Below are positions 46,435 through 57,927 of a DNA stretch of 64,000 nucleotides, piece by piece. How positions within the stretch are numbered: position 1 is the stretch's first letter; the number at the start of each line of letters is the position of its first letter. Made by a program: the position numbers and the translations under genes. Below the pieces are notes generated by a model, which had not been told where the DNA came from, did not search any database, and saw only the letters and a list, made by a program, of their open reading frames with translations. This DNA is from Selenomonadaceae bacterium (GTDB taxonomy: Bacteria > Bacillota > Clostridia > Oscillospirales > CAG-272): NCBI GenBank assembly GCA_963598415.1, contig CAVBUH010000073.1, positions 131,669-195,668 of the forward strand. Reading direction: 5' to 3'.

Positions 46435-46478
46435 TTTTATAGCAATTTATTAACAGTTCCAATATGGGGAGAAAAGCT

Positions 46479-47153
46479 ATGTATCGTATACTGATAATTG
46501 AAGACGACCGTCAAATATCCTCAGCGCTAAAGCGCGGTCTTACCGCATGGGGATACGATGCCTGTGAGACCGAAGATTTCAGAGAAATAATAAATATTTT
46601 TTCTGAGTACTCACCTCATCTTGTTCTCCTTGATGTGTCTCTTCCGTTTTATGACGGGTATTATTGGTGCAGGGAAATACGGAAAATATCAAGTGTGCCG
46701 GTGATATTCATATCTTCTGCATCGGATAATATGAATATTGTTATGGCTATGAATATGGGCGGAGATGATTTTGTGGCAAAGCCCTTTGACATGAGTGTGC
46801 TTACAGCGAAAATTCAGGCTGTTCTCCGTCGCACCTATGATTTTGGAGGACAGGCAATGTTTCCCGAACATCTGGGAGCAAGACTGGATACATCGGGGGC
46901 TTGCCTTATCTATGAAGGAAGAAAGATAGAACTGACAAAGAACGAGTATAGGATTCTGCTTACACTTCTTCAGCGTAAGGGAAATATTGTCAGTAGAAGC
47001 ACTCTTATGGAAAAGCTGTGGGAAACCGATTGTTACGTTGATGAGAATACTCTGACCGTAAATATGACAAGACTCAGAAAAAAGCTTGACGCTGAAGGGC
47101 TTCCTGATTTTATTGTCACCAAAAAAGGGCTTGGTTATCTTATTGAAAGGTGA
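46479..47153 (+). CDS. OmpR-family response regulator (BceR-like)
   Basis: MYRILIIEDD receiver start, winged-helix C-terminus (GLGYLIER). Confidence 0.92.
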   Translation: MYRILIIEDDRQISSALKRGLTAWGYDACETEDFREIINIFSEYSPHLVLLDVSLPFYDGYYWCREIRKISSVPVIFISSASDNMNIVMAMNMGGDDFVAKPFDMSVLTAKIQAVLRRTYDFGGQAMFPEHLGARLDTSGACLIYEGRKIELTKNEYRILLTLLQRKGNIVSRSTLMEKLWETDCYVDENTLTVNMTRLRKKLDAEGLPDFIVTKKGLGYLIER

Positions 47154-47160
47154 ACATCAG

Positions 47161-48144
47161 ATGTTTTTTAAGTATTTGAAACGGCGTGCGGGCGATATAT
47201 TTCTGATTGGTGTTTTCAGCGTGATTTTTGCCGGAATATTCGCTTTGTTCGATTTAGAGTCGGCGGCAGTTGGATATGGAGCAATGCTTTGTGCGGCTGT
47301 TACAGCACTGTTCGTTTTTTTTGACTATCGAAGGTTCTCCGCATATTGCGGAAGGCTTGCTGTACTGAAAAATGAAATAACCCTTACTCTTGACAATTTG
47401 CCGGTTCCCCATGATCCGATCGGGAAAGAATATACGGAGCTTATTAAAGAGCTTTTCAGCGAGCTTCGGCATGTTGCGGATATGAATGAAAACCGACGCA
47501 GAGAAACCGATGAATATTATACCGTTTGGGTACATCAAATAAAAACCCCGATATCTGCCATGCGGCTTTTGCTGAGCGAGAGAGACGATGAAGAATCGAA
47601 AGAGCTTCTTGAAGAACTGTTTCGGATAGAACAGTATGTGGAAATGGTTATGATAAGGCTTCGTCTTGGGTCTGACAGTACGGATTACGTCCTTAGGGAG
47701 TGCAATATAAATAAGATAACCAGAACGGCGGTGAGAAAGTTTGCACCGCAGTTTATAAGAAAAAAGCTTGGACTTCATTACAATGTTCCTGATTTGAAGG
47801 TTATAACCGATGAAAAGTGGCTGTCCTTTGTTATTGAACAGTTGTTATCGAATTCACTTAAATATACTTCCTGCGGAACGATTTCGATCTATATGAGGGA
47901 GCCGCTGACGCTTGTGATAAGCGATACGGGCATCGGAATCAGTTCGGAGGATCTGCCGCGGATATTTGAAAACGGCTATACGGGGCTGACAGGACGGCTT
48001 GACAAGAAGGCCTCCGGAATCGGGCTTTATTTGTGCCGAATGATCTGTGACCGTCTTGGTCACAGAATCTATGCGGAATCCGCAGTGGGAGAGGGAACGT
48101 CGGTTATGATATGTCTTGATTCTGTGAAAATAAAACCGGAATAG
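47161..48144 (+). CDS. intramembrane-sensing histidine kinase (BceS-like)
   Basis: Two N-terminal TM helices with almost no extracellular loop, H-box VHQIKTPISA, HATPase motifs DTGIGI and GIGLYL. Confidence 0.88.
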   Translation: MFFKYLKRRAGDIFLIGVFSVIFAGIFALFDLESAAVGYGAMLCAAVTALFVFFDYRRFSAYCGRLAVLKNEITLTLDNLPVPHDPIGKEYTELIKELFSELRHVADMNENRRRETDEYYTVWVHQIKTPISAMRLLLSERDDEESKELLEELFRIEQYVEMVMIRLRLGSDSTDYVLRECNINKITRTAVRKFAPQFIRKKLGLHYNVPDLKVITDEKWLSFVIEQLLSNSLKYTSCGTISIYMREPLTLVISDTGIGISSEDLPRIFENGYTGLTGRLDKKASGIGLYLCRMICDRLGHRIYAESAVGEGTSVMICLDSVKIKPE

Positions 48145-48148
48145 CTGT

Positions 48149-48226
48149 TTCTTACTGAAGTGTAAGAATGAGAAGGGGAAATGTAAGCCAAAACTATGGC
48201 AGGACGTTTTCCCTTTCTGGTATAAT
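48149..48226 (+). promoter_or_regulatory. BceR-type operator plus activator-dependent promoter of the ABC genes
   Basis: Inverted repeat TTCTTAC-TGAAGT-GTAAGAA (48149..48168), a further TGTAAG downstream, -10 TATAAT at 48221..48226 with a poor -35. Confidence 0.5.
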
Positions 48227-48303
48227 TTATGCGTAAGAACAGGATCCATCAGTGCCGAGCTTATGGTGCGGTGGGGAAATTTTAGAAAGGAACGGTTATT
48301 CAT

Positions 48304-49068
48304 ATGAATGTTCTTGAAGTTAAAAATCTGAGAAAAGTATATACAACACGTTTTGGAGGGAGCCGCGTTACTGCTCTTGAGAATGTGAGCTTTGAGGTTC
48401 AGGAAGGTGAGTATGTGGCGATTATGGGAGAATCGGGATCCGGAAAAACCACTTTACTCAATATAATTGCCTCTCTTGATAAGCCTACCTCCGGCAGTGC
48501 AGTTCTCGGAGGGATTGATCTTTGTAAAGTAAAGGATAAAGATATTGCGGTTTTTCGGAGAAATAACCTTGGTTTTGTTTTTCAGGATTTTAATTTGCTT
48601 GACTCTTTTTCTGTAAGAGATAATATTTTTCTTCCCCTTGTTCTCGCGGGCAAGAGTTATGCAGAGATGGAAAGACGCTTGACTCCGATTGCTTACGAGC
48701 TGGGAATCGGGGAGCTTCTTTCAAAATTTCCCTATGAGATATCGGGAGGGCAAAAGCAGAGGGCAGCGGTAGCACGAGCTTTGATTACCGAACCGAAAAT
48801 TATTCTTGCCGACGAGCCTACGGGAGCGCTTGACTCCCGTTCCTCTGACGAGCTTCTGCGCCTTTTTGCGGAGATCAATGAAAAGGGACAGACAATCCTG
48901 ATGGTCACGCATTCTGCTAAGGCGGCAAGCCGAGCCGGACGTGTACTTTTTATCAAAGACGGGACAGTGTTTCATCAGCTTTACCGCGGCGACTGCAGCG
49001 ATGAGGAAATGTATCAAAAAATTTCCGATACTTTGACGATCATTGCGACCGGAGGGCACGATAGATGA
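48304..49068 (+). CDS. ABC transporter ATP-binding protein (BceA-like)
   Basis: Walker A GESGSGKTT, signature ISGGQKQR, Walker B ILADEPTGALD. Confidence 0.93.
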   Translation: MNVLEVKNLRKVYTTRFGGSRVTALENVSFEVQEGEYVAIMGESGSGKTTLLNIIASLDKPTSGSAVLGGIDLCKVKDKDIAVFRRNNLGFVFQDFNLLDSFSVRDNIFLPLVLAGKSYAEMERRLTPIAYELGIGELLSKFPYEISGGQKQRAAVARALITEPKIILADEPTGALDSRSSDELLRLFAEINEKGQTILMVTHSAKAASRAGRVLFIKDGTVFHQLYRGDCSDEEMYQKISDTLTIIATGGHDR

Positions 49069-51086
49069 AATCAGGACTTTATATACGCCTTGCGGCTGGA
49101 AACATAAGAAAAAACAGAAAAATATATCTGCCGTATATTTTGACATGCGTCTGTATGATAGCGATTTTCTATATTCTTGCTTTTCTTTCAAAGGATCCGG
49201 GAGTTGGTGAGATAAGAGGAGGGCGTACACTTGGAACGATTCTCGGCTTTGGTTATATTACAATAGCGATTTTCTCCTCTTTATTTCTTTTCTATACCAA
49301 CAGTTTTATTGTGAAGCGCAGAAGAAAAGAGCTTGGTCTCTATAATGTTCTCGGAATGGGAAAGCGGCATATTGCAGCAGTTATGTTTTGTGAAAATGCT
49401 ATGGTCGGTATGCTTGGACTGATATTGGGGCTTGGTTCGGGAATTCTTCTGTCAAAACTGTCGCAAATGTGTCTTTTCAAACTTATGGGAAGTGTTGCGC
49501 CGTTTGAGTTTTATGTTAATATTCCGGTTGGGGTGATAACTGTCGTGATCTATTCAGCGGTGTTTTTCCTTATTTATTTAAGTTCCCTGCGAAAACTCGG
49601 CACGGCAAGTCCAATAGAGCTTCTCCGTGAAAGTAGTGTCGGTGAAAAAGAGCCCAAGGGAAACTTTCTTATATCCTTCTTGGGATTGATATTAATTGGC
49701 ATAGGGTATTATTTAGCGTTGACGATAAAAGAACCAATCGAAGCGATGGCTTGGTTCTTTGTGGCGGTTATACTTGTTATCATCGGAACATATTGCTGCT
49801 TTATTTCGGGAAGTGTAACTTTTTTGCGATTGCTAAAAAAGAATAAGAAATATTATTATTCACCGAAGCATTTTACCTCTGTGTCGGGGATGACCTATAG
49901 AATGAAACGGAATGGAGCGGGGCTCGCTTCTATCTGTATTCTTTCGACAATGGTTTTAGTTACGCTTTCTTCTGTTACTTGTTTGTATGTGGGAAAAACG
50001 GAGTCTTTACGCTCAATATATCCGAGACAGATAATCTTGGGGCTCGATCACTCGGACGACATGACGGCTGATCTGATAAAAACCGTGATAGACGATACTA
50101 TGAACGATTTTCAAGCGAAAATGGAAAAATACAGAAGCTATCGCTATTTTTCAGGTTATGTGAGAGAAGAGAGTGGGAATATTGATTTTGACAGAGCAGG
50201 GGCATCCTCGCTGATTCGCATATTCGCGATAACCTATGAGGATTATACAGACGGTCAGGGAAAAGCTCCGCTTAAGGATGGGGAAGCGTTGGTATTTTAT
50301 GTGAATGGAGATACACCGGAAAAGATTACCTTTACCAATGGAAAAAGCTATAAGGTTACGGGAAACCCCGACGCGGAAAATTTCCTTTTATCGGGTTCCT
50401 ATGAATCCAGCGGTATTTGGGTGGTATTACCCGGAGATGAGGACATTGACGGGCTTGTCAAAATGTATGCAGACATAAATTTTTCCGGTTCACCCGAAAT
50501 GAGCTTTCCGAATTTTTATTTCGGATTTGATATTGATGCTCCGCAGGATACAAGGCTGAATATTTATGATAAGCTATCCGAAAGACTGAGTGAAAATATG
50601 TCGAAAAGTGAATCGGTTACCTACTATTCTTATTCCATGAGTGGTTCCGATATCAATGAGGCAGATTTCTTTGGAACATATTCAGGTTTATTTTTTATAG
50701 GTATTTTTCTGGGAGCTGCCTTTATTCTTGCTACGATACTGATTATGTACTACAAGCAGGTTACCGAGGGGTATGAGGATCAGTCGCGTTTTGATATTAT
50801 GCAGAAGGTTGGAATGACAAAGTCGGAGATTCGTTCTACGGTAAATTCTCAGGTAATAACGGTATTCTTTCTCCCACTGATAGCTTCCGGCGTGCATATG
50901 GCTTTTGCTTTTTCGATGATTAACAGAGTGCTGATACTGTTTAATCTGGATAATATCAAACTGTTTCTATTTACATCGGGTGCTGCATTCTTAATTTTTG
51001 CGGTATTTTATGTTATTGTTTATCTTGTTACGTCAAGGGCATATTTCGGAATTGTAAGCTCTGTCCCCGACAGGAGAATCGCGTGA
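49065..51086 (+). CDS. FtsX-family ABC permease with large extracellular domain (BceB-like)
   Basis: 673 aa, about 10 TM helices, roughly 200 aa loop between helices. ATGA overlap with the ATPase gene. Confidence 0.9.
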   Translation: MKSGLYIRLAAGNIRKNRKIYLPYILTCVCMIAIFYILAFLSKDPGVGEIRGGRTLGTILGFGYITIAIFSSLFLFYTNSFIVKRRRKELGLYNVLGMGKRHIAAVMFCENAMVGMLGLILGLGSGILLSKLSQMCLFKLMGSVAPFEFYVNIPVGVITVVIYSAVFFLIYLSSLRKLGTASPIELLRESSVGEKEPKGNFLISFLGLILIGIGYYLALTIKEPIEAMAWFFVAVILVIIGTYCCFISGSVTFLRLLKKNKKYYYSPKHFTSVSGMTYRMKRNGAGLASICILSTMVLVTLSSVTCLYVGKTESLRSIYPRQIILGLDHSDDMTADLIKTVIDDTMNDFQAKMEKYRSYRYFSGYVREESGNIDFDRAGASSLIRIFAITYEDYTDGQGKAPLKDGEALVFYVNGDTPEKITFTNGKSYKVTGNPDAENFLLSGSYESSGIWVVLPGDEDIDGLVKMYADINFSGSPEMSFPNFYFGFDIDAPQDTRLNIYDKLSERLSENMSKSESVTYYSYSMSGSDINEADFFGTYSGLFFIGIFLGAAFILATILIMYYKQVTEGYEDQSRFDIMQKVGMTKSEIRSTVNSQVITVFFLPLIASGVHMAFAFSMINRVLILFNLDNIKLFLFTSGAAFLIFAVFYVIVYLVTSRAYFGIVSSVPDRRIA

Positions 51087-51098
51087 AAAAATATCTTT

Positions 51099-51129
51099 CC
51101 GGAGCGGCATTTCGCCGCTCCGTATTTTT
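51099..51129 (+). terminator. terminator of the Bce-like ABC operon
   Basis: CGGAGCGGC-ATTTC-GCCGCTCCG followed by TATTTTT. Confidence 0.8.
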
Positions 51130-51268
51130 GTAATCTGAAAACTAACCGCTGAGCGAGTGGTCAGACTGAAGAAACAGCATTTTGCAGGAGATACCCTGCT
51201 TCTTTCTTGAGAAGAAAGAGAAAATGAAAGGTATAGGAAAAAACGGCGTTTTGGGCAGATAAAAGTTT

Positions 51269-51446
51269 TTAAGGTAATACCGCACAATGATTATTGTACA
51301 GTTGCGCCGCCAGATTTTTCATCAGGCAAACAAATTGAGGAGGTAAGAGCGACGCCTCTGCCGATAAAATTTGTGAAGTATGACGGAAAAGACGCGAGCA
51401 ATTGCGCAATGAAGGAGTTAGCCGTGCTCCGTTGGTGTTGCCTTAA
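51269..51446 (-). repeat. TTAAGG-terminus repeat, full-length copy (subfamily 1, only inverted-orientation copy)
   Basis: TTAAGGTAATACCGCACAATGATTATTGT...GAGGAGGTAAGAGCGACGCCTCTGCCGATAAAATTTGTGAAGTATGACGGAAAAG...GTTGGTGTTGCCTTAA. Confidence 0.85.
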
Positions 51447-51533
51447 GGATTGTTATGAAATCGCTGAATCTATTGGAAATGCAGATTTCCGAGATAATTT
51501 ATTGAATGGTAAGACAAAAAACGAAGGGATTGA

Positions 51534-51582
51534 TTAAGGCAACACCGACGGGGCACAGTGGTGCTGTCTTAAGTATATAGTA
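51534..51582. repeat. terminus-only mini-hairpin of the TTAAGG repeat
   Basis: TTAAGGCAACACCGACGGGGCACAGTGGTGCTGTCTTAA. Confidence 0.65.
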
Positions 51583-51839
51583 CGGAAAAATTACAAGTGT
51601 GAATGTTATGCTGTCCGAAAATAGAATAATGCTTAAATGACCATATTGCTGTGACGAGAATACGATGAAATAGGTTTGCGGTTGCGGAGAAATTTTGTAC
51701 TATCATTTTGTTAAAAGGAGTTTCGGTTCTGTTGATACTATGACTTGGCGGATTGAGAAAGCTGATCGTTTAACCGATGCTTCTGATTTTCAAGAGAACT
51801 CACCATCAGATTCCGGTAAGAAAGAAATAGATATTTCCC

Positions 51840-51868
51840 TTGTAAAATATGGAGCAGTGTGATATAAT
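51840..51868 (+). promoter_or_regulatory. sigma-A promoter for 51913..52608
   Basis: TTGTAA-17 nt-TGaTATAAT. Confidence 0.55.
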
Positions 51869-51912
51869 ATCATACATCGTGTTTGACGCGTTACACATGG
51901 AAGGAAAAGAAA

Positions 51913-52608
51913 ATGCTTCGTAAAACAAAGAAAATCGGAAAAATGAATGAGGCTGCATGGCTTCTCGGAATCATCCTGTGTTCTCTCGGGGTGGCGCTCT
52001 GTACAAAAGCCGGATTCGGACTGTCTATGATAGCTGCTCCTGCCTATATTCTTCATTTAAAGCTTGTTTCATTCTCTGCTTTTTTCACACAGGGGACCTG
52101 CGAATATCTTTGGCAAGGTTTTTTACTGATTGTGATGTGTATCGGAGTACAGCGCTTTCGAATCAAGTATTTATTGGCATTTGTGACGGGGATTCTCTTC
52201 GGCTGTTCTCTCGATATGTGGCTGTCGGTATTCGGCGGAGGAACCGTTTATGCTTCTATGGCGGGAAGAATACTCTGTTTTGCTCTTGGAGAAGCCGTGA
52301 CGGCACTTGCTGTGGCTTTTTATTTCAGAACCTCCCTCCCGCTTCAGATATATGAGCTTATCGTGACGGAATTTGCCGACAGATATCATATAGTAAACGA
52401 CAGAATGAAGCTGATAAACGATGTCACGATGCTTGCCGTGTCGGTAATGCTTGCTTTGCTGTTAAACGGCGTGCTTGACGGGATCGGAATCGGAACTCTT
52501 ATCATAACGGGAGTAAACGCGGTACTAATAGGCTTGTTCGGCAAGCTGCTTGACAGGTTTTTCAGCTTTGAGCCAAAATTTCCGAGACTTTGCAGGGCGC
52601 TTTCCTGA
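51913..52608 (+). CDS. hypothetical integral membrane protein (about 6 TM)
   Basis: ORF track, start trimmed to ATG 51913 after GGAAGGAAAAG. Hydrophobic throughout. Confidence 0.55.
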   Translation: MLRKTKKIGKMNEAAWLLGIILCSLGVALCTKAGFGLSMIAAPAYILHLKLVSFSAFFTQGTCEYLWQGFLLIVMCIGVQRFRIKYLLAFVTGILFGCSLDMWLSVFGGGTVYASMAGRILCFALGEAVTALAVAFYFRTSLPLQIYELIVTEFADRYHIVNDRMKLINDVTMLAVSVMLALLLNGVLDGIGIGTLIITGVNAVLIGLFGKLLDRFFSFEPKFPRLCRALS

Positions 52609-52696
52609 GATTAACGATATTGACATATTTCAGACTATATTGTATAATGATGTAAACAGAATTAGAAAATCATAATCTTCGGAGGATAATGATAAG

Positions 52697-53719
52697 ATGA
52701 GCATTGAAAAAAAGCTGTTCGGACTTTACGGCTGCAAAGAGGTTTTTGCTTATACTCTTAAGAACAGAAACGGAGCGTATGTAACGATACTTACCTATGG
52801 CGGTATTATGAACCGTCTTTATGTTCCTGACAGAGAAGGGAAGCTTTCGGACATCGTCTGCGGCTTTGACAGTGTTGAGGACTATATTGCCGACCGTGCC
52901 AGCTATACCGGCTCTATTATCGGAAGGTATGGCAACAGGATTTCCGGCGGCGGCTTTGAACTGAACGGAAAAAGATATGCAGTGGCGCTTAATGAGAACG
53001 GAAAATGCCATCTCCACGGCGGGAATGTCGGCTTCAATCGTCGACTTTGGGACGCTGAAATGTTTCCCGGAAACGGTGAGGATCGGTTAGCGCTTACGCT
53101 TTTTTCGCCTGACGGTGAAGAGGGATATCCCGGAAATCTTTTCGTAAAAGTGACCTATACCTTTGATGACTCCAATGCGCTTACCATACATTATGAGGCG
53201 GATACCGACTGCGACACGGTTCTTAATATGACAAGCCATACCTATTACAATTTGAACGGCTATGACGGAGGCTCCGTTATGGAGCAGGAGCTTTTTATTG
53301 ACGCTGACAGTTACGACGAAGTGAACGAGCTTCTTGTACCGACAGGAACACCGGTTTCTGTCGCGGGAACCGACTTTGATTTCAGAAAGATGCGTCCGAT
53401 ATCGCGTGGATATGACCATAATTTTGTTCTCAATGGAAGAAATGGGGAGCTTCGTCTTGCAGCAAAGGCTTATGATCCGAAATCCGGGCGTACGCTCACG
53501 CTCTATACCGATCTTCCGGCCGTTCAGCTTTATACTGCGGTGGGAATGAACGGAAAGACAAACTTTAAGGGCGGAGTGCCGCAGAGACTTCTTCATGCTT
53601 TTTGTCTTGAGACTCAATACAGTCCCGATACCCCCAACCGTCCCTACATGCCTCAGTGTGTGGTAAAAGCGGGGGAAAAGTACGATACCGTTACTAAATT
53701 GGTTTTTGGAATTAAGTAA
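52697..53719 (+). CDS. galM: aldose 1-epimerase (galactose mutarotase)
   Basis: 340 aa. GRYGNRI, HLHGG and FCLETQ motifs of the mutarotase family. Confidence 0.92.
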   Translation: MSIEKKLFGLYGCKEVFAYTLKNRNGAYVTILTYGGIMNRLYVPDREGKLSDIVCGFDSVEDYIADRASYTGSIIGRYGNRISGGGFELNGKRYAVALNENGKCHLHGGNVGFNRRLWDAEMFPGNGEDRLALTLFSPDGEEGYPGNLFVKVTYTFDDSNALTIHYEADTDCDTVLNMTSHTYYNLNGYDGGSVMEQELFIDADSYDEVNELLVPTGTPVSVAGTDFDFRKMRPISRGYDHNFVLNGRNGELRLAAKAYDPKSGRTLTLYTDLPAVQLYTAVGMNGKTNFKGGVPQRLLHAFCLETQYSPDTPNRPYMPQCVVKAGEKYDTVTKLVFGIK

Positions 53720-53768
53720 GAAAATCAAAAAGGGTGAATGTAGATTTGCTTTCACTTGTTAAAAATAT

Positions 53769-53816
53769 CCTCGCCTTTCGACAGTTTAACCGCTTTCCGA
53801 AGGCGAGGCTTTTTTT
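53769..53816 (+). terminator. galM terminator
   Basis: CCTCGCCTT...AAGGCGAGG followed by CTTTTTTT. Confidence 0.75.
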
Positions 53817-53993
53817 AGGCAGCACCGTCGGATTCACGGCTAACGCCTTTGCTGCGCATATGCTTGCATCTATTCCGTCAACCTTCACAAATTTCGTCGG
53901 CAGAGGAGTCACTCTTGCCTCCTCAATTGGTATTGTCTGACGAAAAATCTGGCGGCGCAACTGCACAACAATCATTGTGTGATATTGCCTTAA
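53815..53993 (+). repeat. TTAAGG-terminus repeat, full-length copy (subfamily 1)
   Basis: Starts TTAGGCAGCACCG (one A lost), ends GTGATATTGCCTTAA. Immediately follows the galM terminator. Confidence 0.85.
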
Positions 53994-54051
53994 ATTTATA
54001 CCACCTTTTCCCGAATATTCTACAAGCAATCATCGTTGTAATATGATAAAA

Positions 54052-54227
54052 TTAAGGCAATACCGCTGGGTGCACAGCTAACGCCTTTATGGGTATTTGC
54101 TTGCATCTATTCCGTCAACCTTCACAAATTTTGTCGGCAGAGGAGTCCTCTTGCTTCCTCAATTTGATTGTCTGACGAAAAATCTGGCGGCGCAACCGCA
54201 CAACAATCATTGTGTGGTATTGTCTTC
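54052..54227 (+). repeat. TTAAGG-terminus repeat, full-length copy (subfamily 1, decayed right end)
   Basis: TTAAGGCAATACCGCTGGGTGCACAGC...GTGTGGTATTGTCTTCA. Lies 58 nt after the previous copy. Confidence 0.8.
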
Positions 54228-54266
54228 ATGTCATGAATATAAAGAATCCTTTCGGAGGAAACAGCT

Positions 54267-55916
54267 ATGAGTACAAAATATACAATAGGACTTGATTTCG
54301 GGACGCTTTCGGGACGCGCGGTACTTGTGTCGGTCGAAGACGGAAGAGAGCTTGGATATAAGGAATACGAGTATCCGCATTCGGTGATGGATAAAGAGCT
54401 TCCTACAGGGAAAAAGCTCGGAGCGGACTTTGCGCTTCAGTATCCGCAGGATTATCTTGATGTTTTAAAAAACACGGTTCCCTCGCTTCTTGACGAGTGC
54501 GGAGTGGATAAAAACGATGTTATCGGCGTCGGAGTCGATTTTACCGCCTGCACGGTTATGCCGGTTTATACCGACGGGACGCCACTTTGTATGACTGAAA
54601 AATATAAAGACGAGCCCAATGCTTATGTCAAGCTTTGGAAGCATCACAGCGCACAGAAGTATGCCAATATGATCAATCAAGCTGCCGAAAGGCGGGGAGA
54701 AGCTTGGCTTAAAAGATACGGCGGAAAAACCTCCTGCGAATGGGCGTTTGCGAAAATGCTGGAAACCTTTTACGAAGCTCCCGAAGTATACCGAGACGCT
54801 GATCTGTACATGGAAGCGGGGGATTGGCTTATATGGAAGCTCTGCGGAAAAATAAAAAGAAGCGCCTGCATGGCAGGTTATAAAGCGCTTTGGAGTAAGG
54901 AAACCGGGTATCCGTCAAGAGCTTTCTTTTCGGAGCTTGGAGTAGGTTTTGAGGGGGCGGCGGATAAACTGAAAGGAGAGGTAGTTGCTGCCGGAGCTCC
55001 CTGCGGATTTATGACAAAAGAGGCAGCGGATCTCTGCGGACTTACGGAAAACACTGCCGTTGCTGCCTGTATAATAGACGCACATGCTGCGGTTCCCTCG
55101 CTCGGCGGAAGCTGTGACGGAAAGATGCTGATGATCATCGGTACGTCAACCTGTCATATTTGTCTTTCGAAATCGCTCGCTTATGTCGAAGGAATCTGCG
55201 GTGTGGTTGAGGACGGTGTTATGCCGGGATATTATGCTTATGAGGCAGGGCAGGCTTGTGTGGGAGACAGCTTCTCCTGGTATATAGATAACTGTATTCC
55301 CGAAAGAATCAGAGCGGCGGCGAAAGAACGGGGGATCAATATCCATAAATATCTTCGTACTCTTGCGGAAAGAAAAAAACCGGGAGAAAATCGGCTTATT
55401 GCTCTTGATTGGTGGAACGGAAACCGCTCGGTGCTTTCCGACAGTTCTCTCTCCGGAATGATTGTCGGACTTAATCTGAATACTCAGCCAGAGGATATCT
55501 ATCGTGCTCTTATTGAATCTACTGCTTACGGAACGCGAAAGATTATTGAGAATTACGCTGCAAACGGTATTCCTGTAAATGAAATATATGCTACCGGCGG
55601 AATTGCGGATAAAGATGCCTTTACTATGCAGATTTATGCGGACGTTCTCGGCCGCAGCATTAAAATAGCCGGTGCTTCAAACGGCCCCGCACTCGGATCG
55701 GCAATATTTGCGGCAGCGGCAGCGGGAAAGTGCGCAGGCGGTTATGATGATCCCTTTGAAGCGTCTTCGGCAATGAGCCGCGTCAGAGATACGGTATATG
55801 AGCCTGTTTCCGAAAATGTAGAGATTTATAATCGTCTTTATGCTGAATATGAGAAGCTGCACGATTATTTCGGCAGAGGTGGCAATGATGTCATGAAAAA
55901 ACTCAGAGAATTTTAA
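54267..55916 (+). CDS. araB: ribulokinase (FGGY family)
   Basis: 549 aa. YTIGLDFGTLSGRAVLV N-terminus and overall AraB-like sequence. Confidence 0.9.
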   Translation: MSTKYTIGLDFGTLSGRAVLVSVEDGRELGYKEYEYPHSVMDKELPTGKKLGADFALQYPQDYLDVLKNTVPSLLDECGVDKNDVIGVGVDFTACTVMPVYTDGTPLCMTEKYKDEPNAYVKLWKHHSAQKYANMINQAAERRGEAWLKRYGGKTSCEWAFAKMLETFYEAPEVYRDADLYMEAGDWLIWKLCGKIKRSACMAGYKALWSKETGYPSRAFFSELGVGFEGAADKLKGEVVAAGAPCGFMTKEAADLCGLTENTAVAACIIDAHAAVPSLGGSCDGKMLMIIGTSTCHICLSKSLAYVEGICGVVEDGVMPGYYAYEAGQACVGDSFSWYIDNCIPERIRAAAKERGINIHKYLRTLAERKKPGENRLIALDWWNGNRSVLSDSSLSGMIVGLNLNTQPEDIYRALIESTAYGTRKIIENYAANGIPVNEIYATGGIADKDAFTMQIYADVLGRSIKIAGASNGPALGSAIFAAAAAGKCAGGYDDPFEASSAMSRVRDTVYEPVSENVEIYNRLYAEYEKLHDYFGRGGNDVMKKLREF

Positions 55917-55933
55917 CAGGACTGAAAAAAGAT

Positions 55934-55972
55934 CTCCGGAAGCTTCTTGATTGGAAACTTCCGGAGGTTTCT
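55934..55972 (+). terminator. araB terminator
   Basis: CTCCGGAAG-loop-CTTCCGGAG followed by GTTTCTT. Confidence 0.7.
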
Positions 55973-55974
55973 TA

Positions 55975-56100
55975 TTAAGGGGATCTCTAATAATTTATTG
56001 CACAAGCCCGGCTCAATCTGTTTTTTATCATTCGTCACAAAAAGGGTCTCTCTTATAGCATTAGCTTGTTGTGAACGCTATGTACAATCCTAACAAAAAA
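55975..56100 (+). repeat. diverged relative of the TTAAGG repeat (Y variant)
   Basis: Starts TTAAGGGGATCTC. It is followed at about 56093..56139 by a 20-bp-arm palindrome, AACAAAAAAATCAAGGTCAT-TTAAGGA-ATGTCCTTGATTTTTTTGTT. Confidence 0.45.
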
Positions 56101-56264
56101 ATCAAGGTCATTTAAGGAATGTCCTTGATTTTTTTGTTACTTTTGTATATGGTTCTATCTCAAAAATTCAATTTGAGACAGCCCCTTTGGGTTTAGAGTG
56201 ACGATTGCCGTCTGTGGACATTGAATGATCAAAGGGTGTCTTAATCATCAAATGAAGATATGTT

Positions 56265-57752
<1,488 letters not shown>

Positions 57753-57927
57753 TCATAATATAAAACGCTTATTAACTAATAATTATATATTAAATGTCGT
57801 ATTATGTCAATAATGACTGCGGCACAAAAAAAGGTTTTAATATATTAAATTTTTGAATAAAGAGTGCAATTTCCGTGAGAGTATTGTATAATTATTTTAT
57901 ACTACATAATATATCGGGGAAGCAGCA

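Noticed and set aside
51729-51848. 39-aa ORF (MTWRIEKADRL...) upstream of the membrane protein gene
   Set aside because: The nearest Shine-Dalgarno-like sequence is about 19 nt from the ATG. No family resemblance. It overlaps the predicted promoter of 51913..52608.
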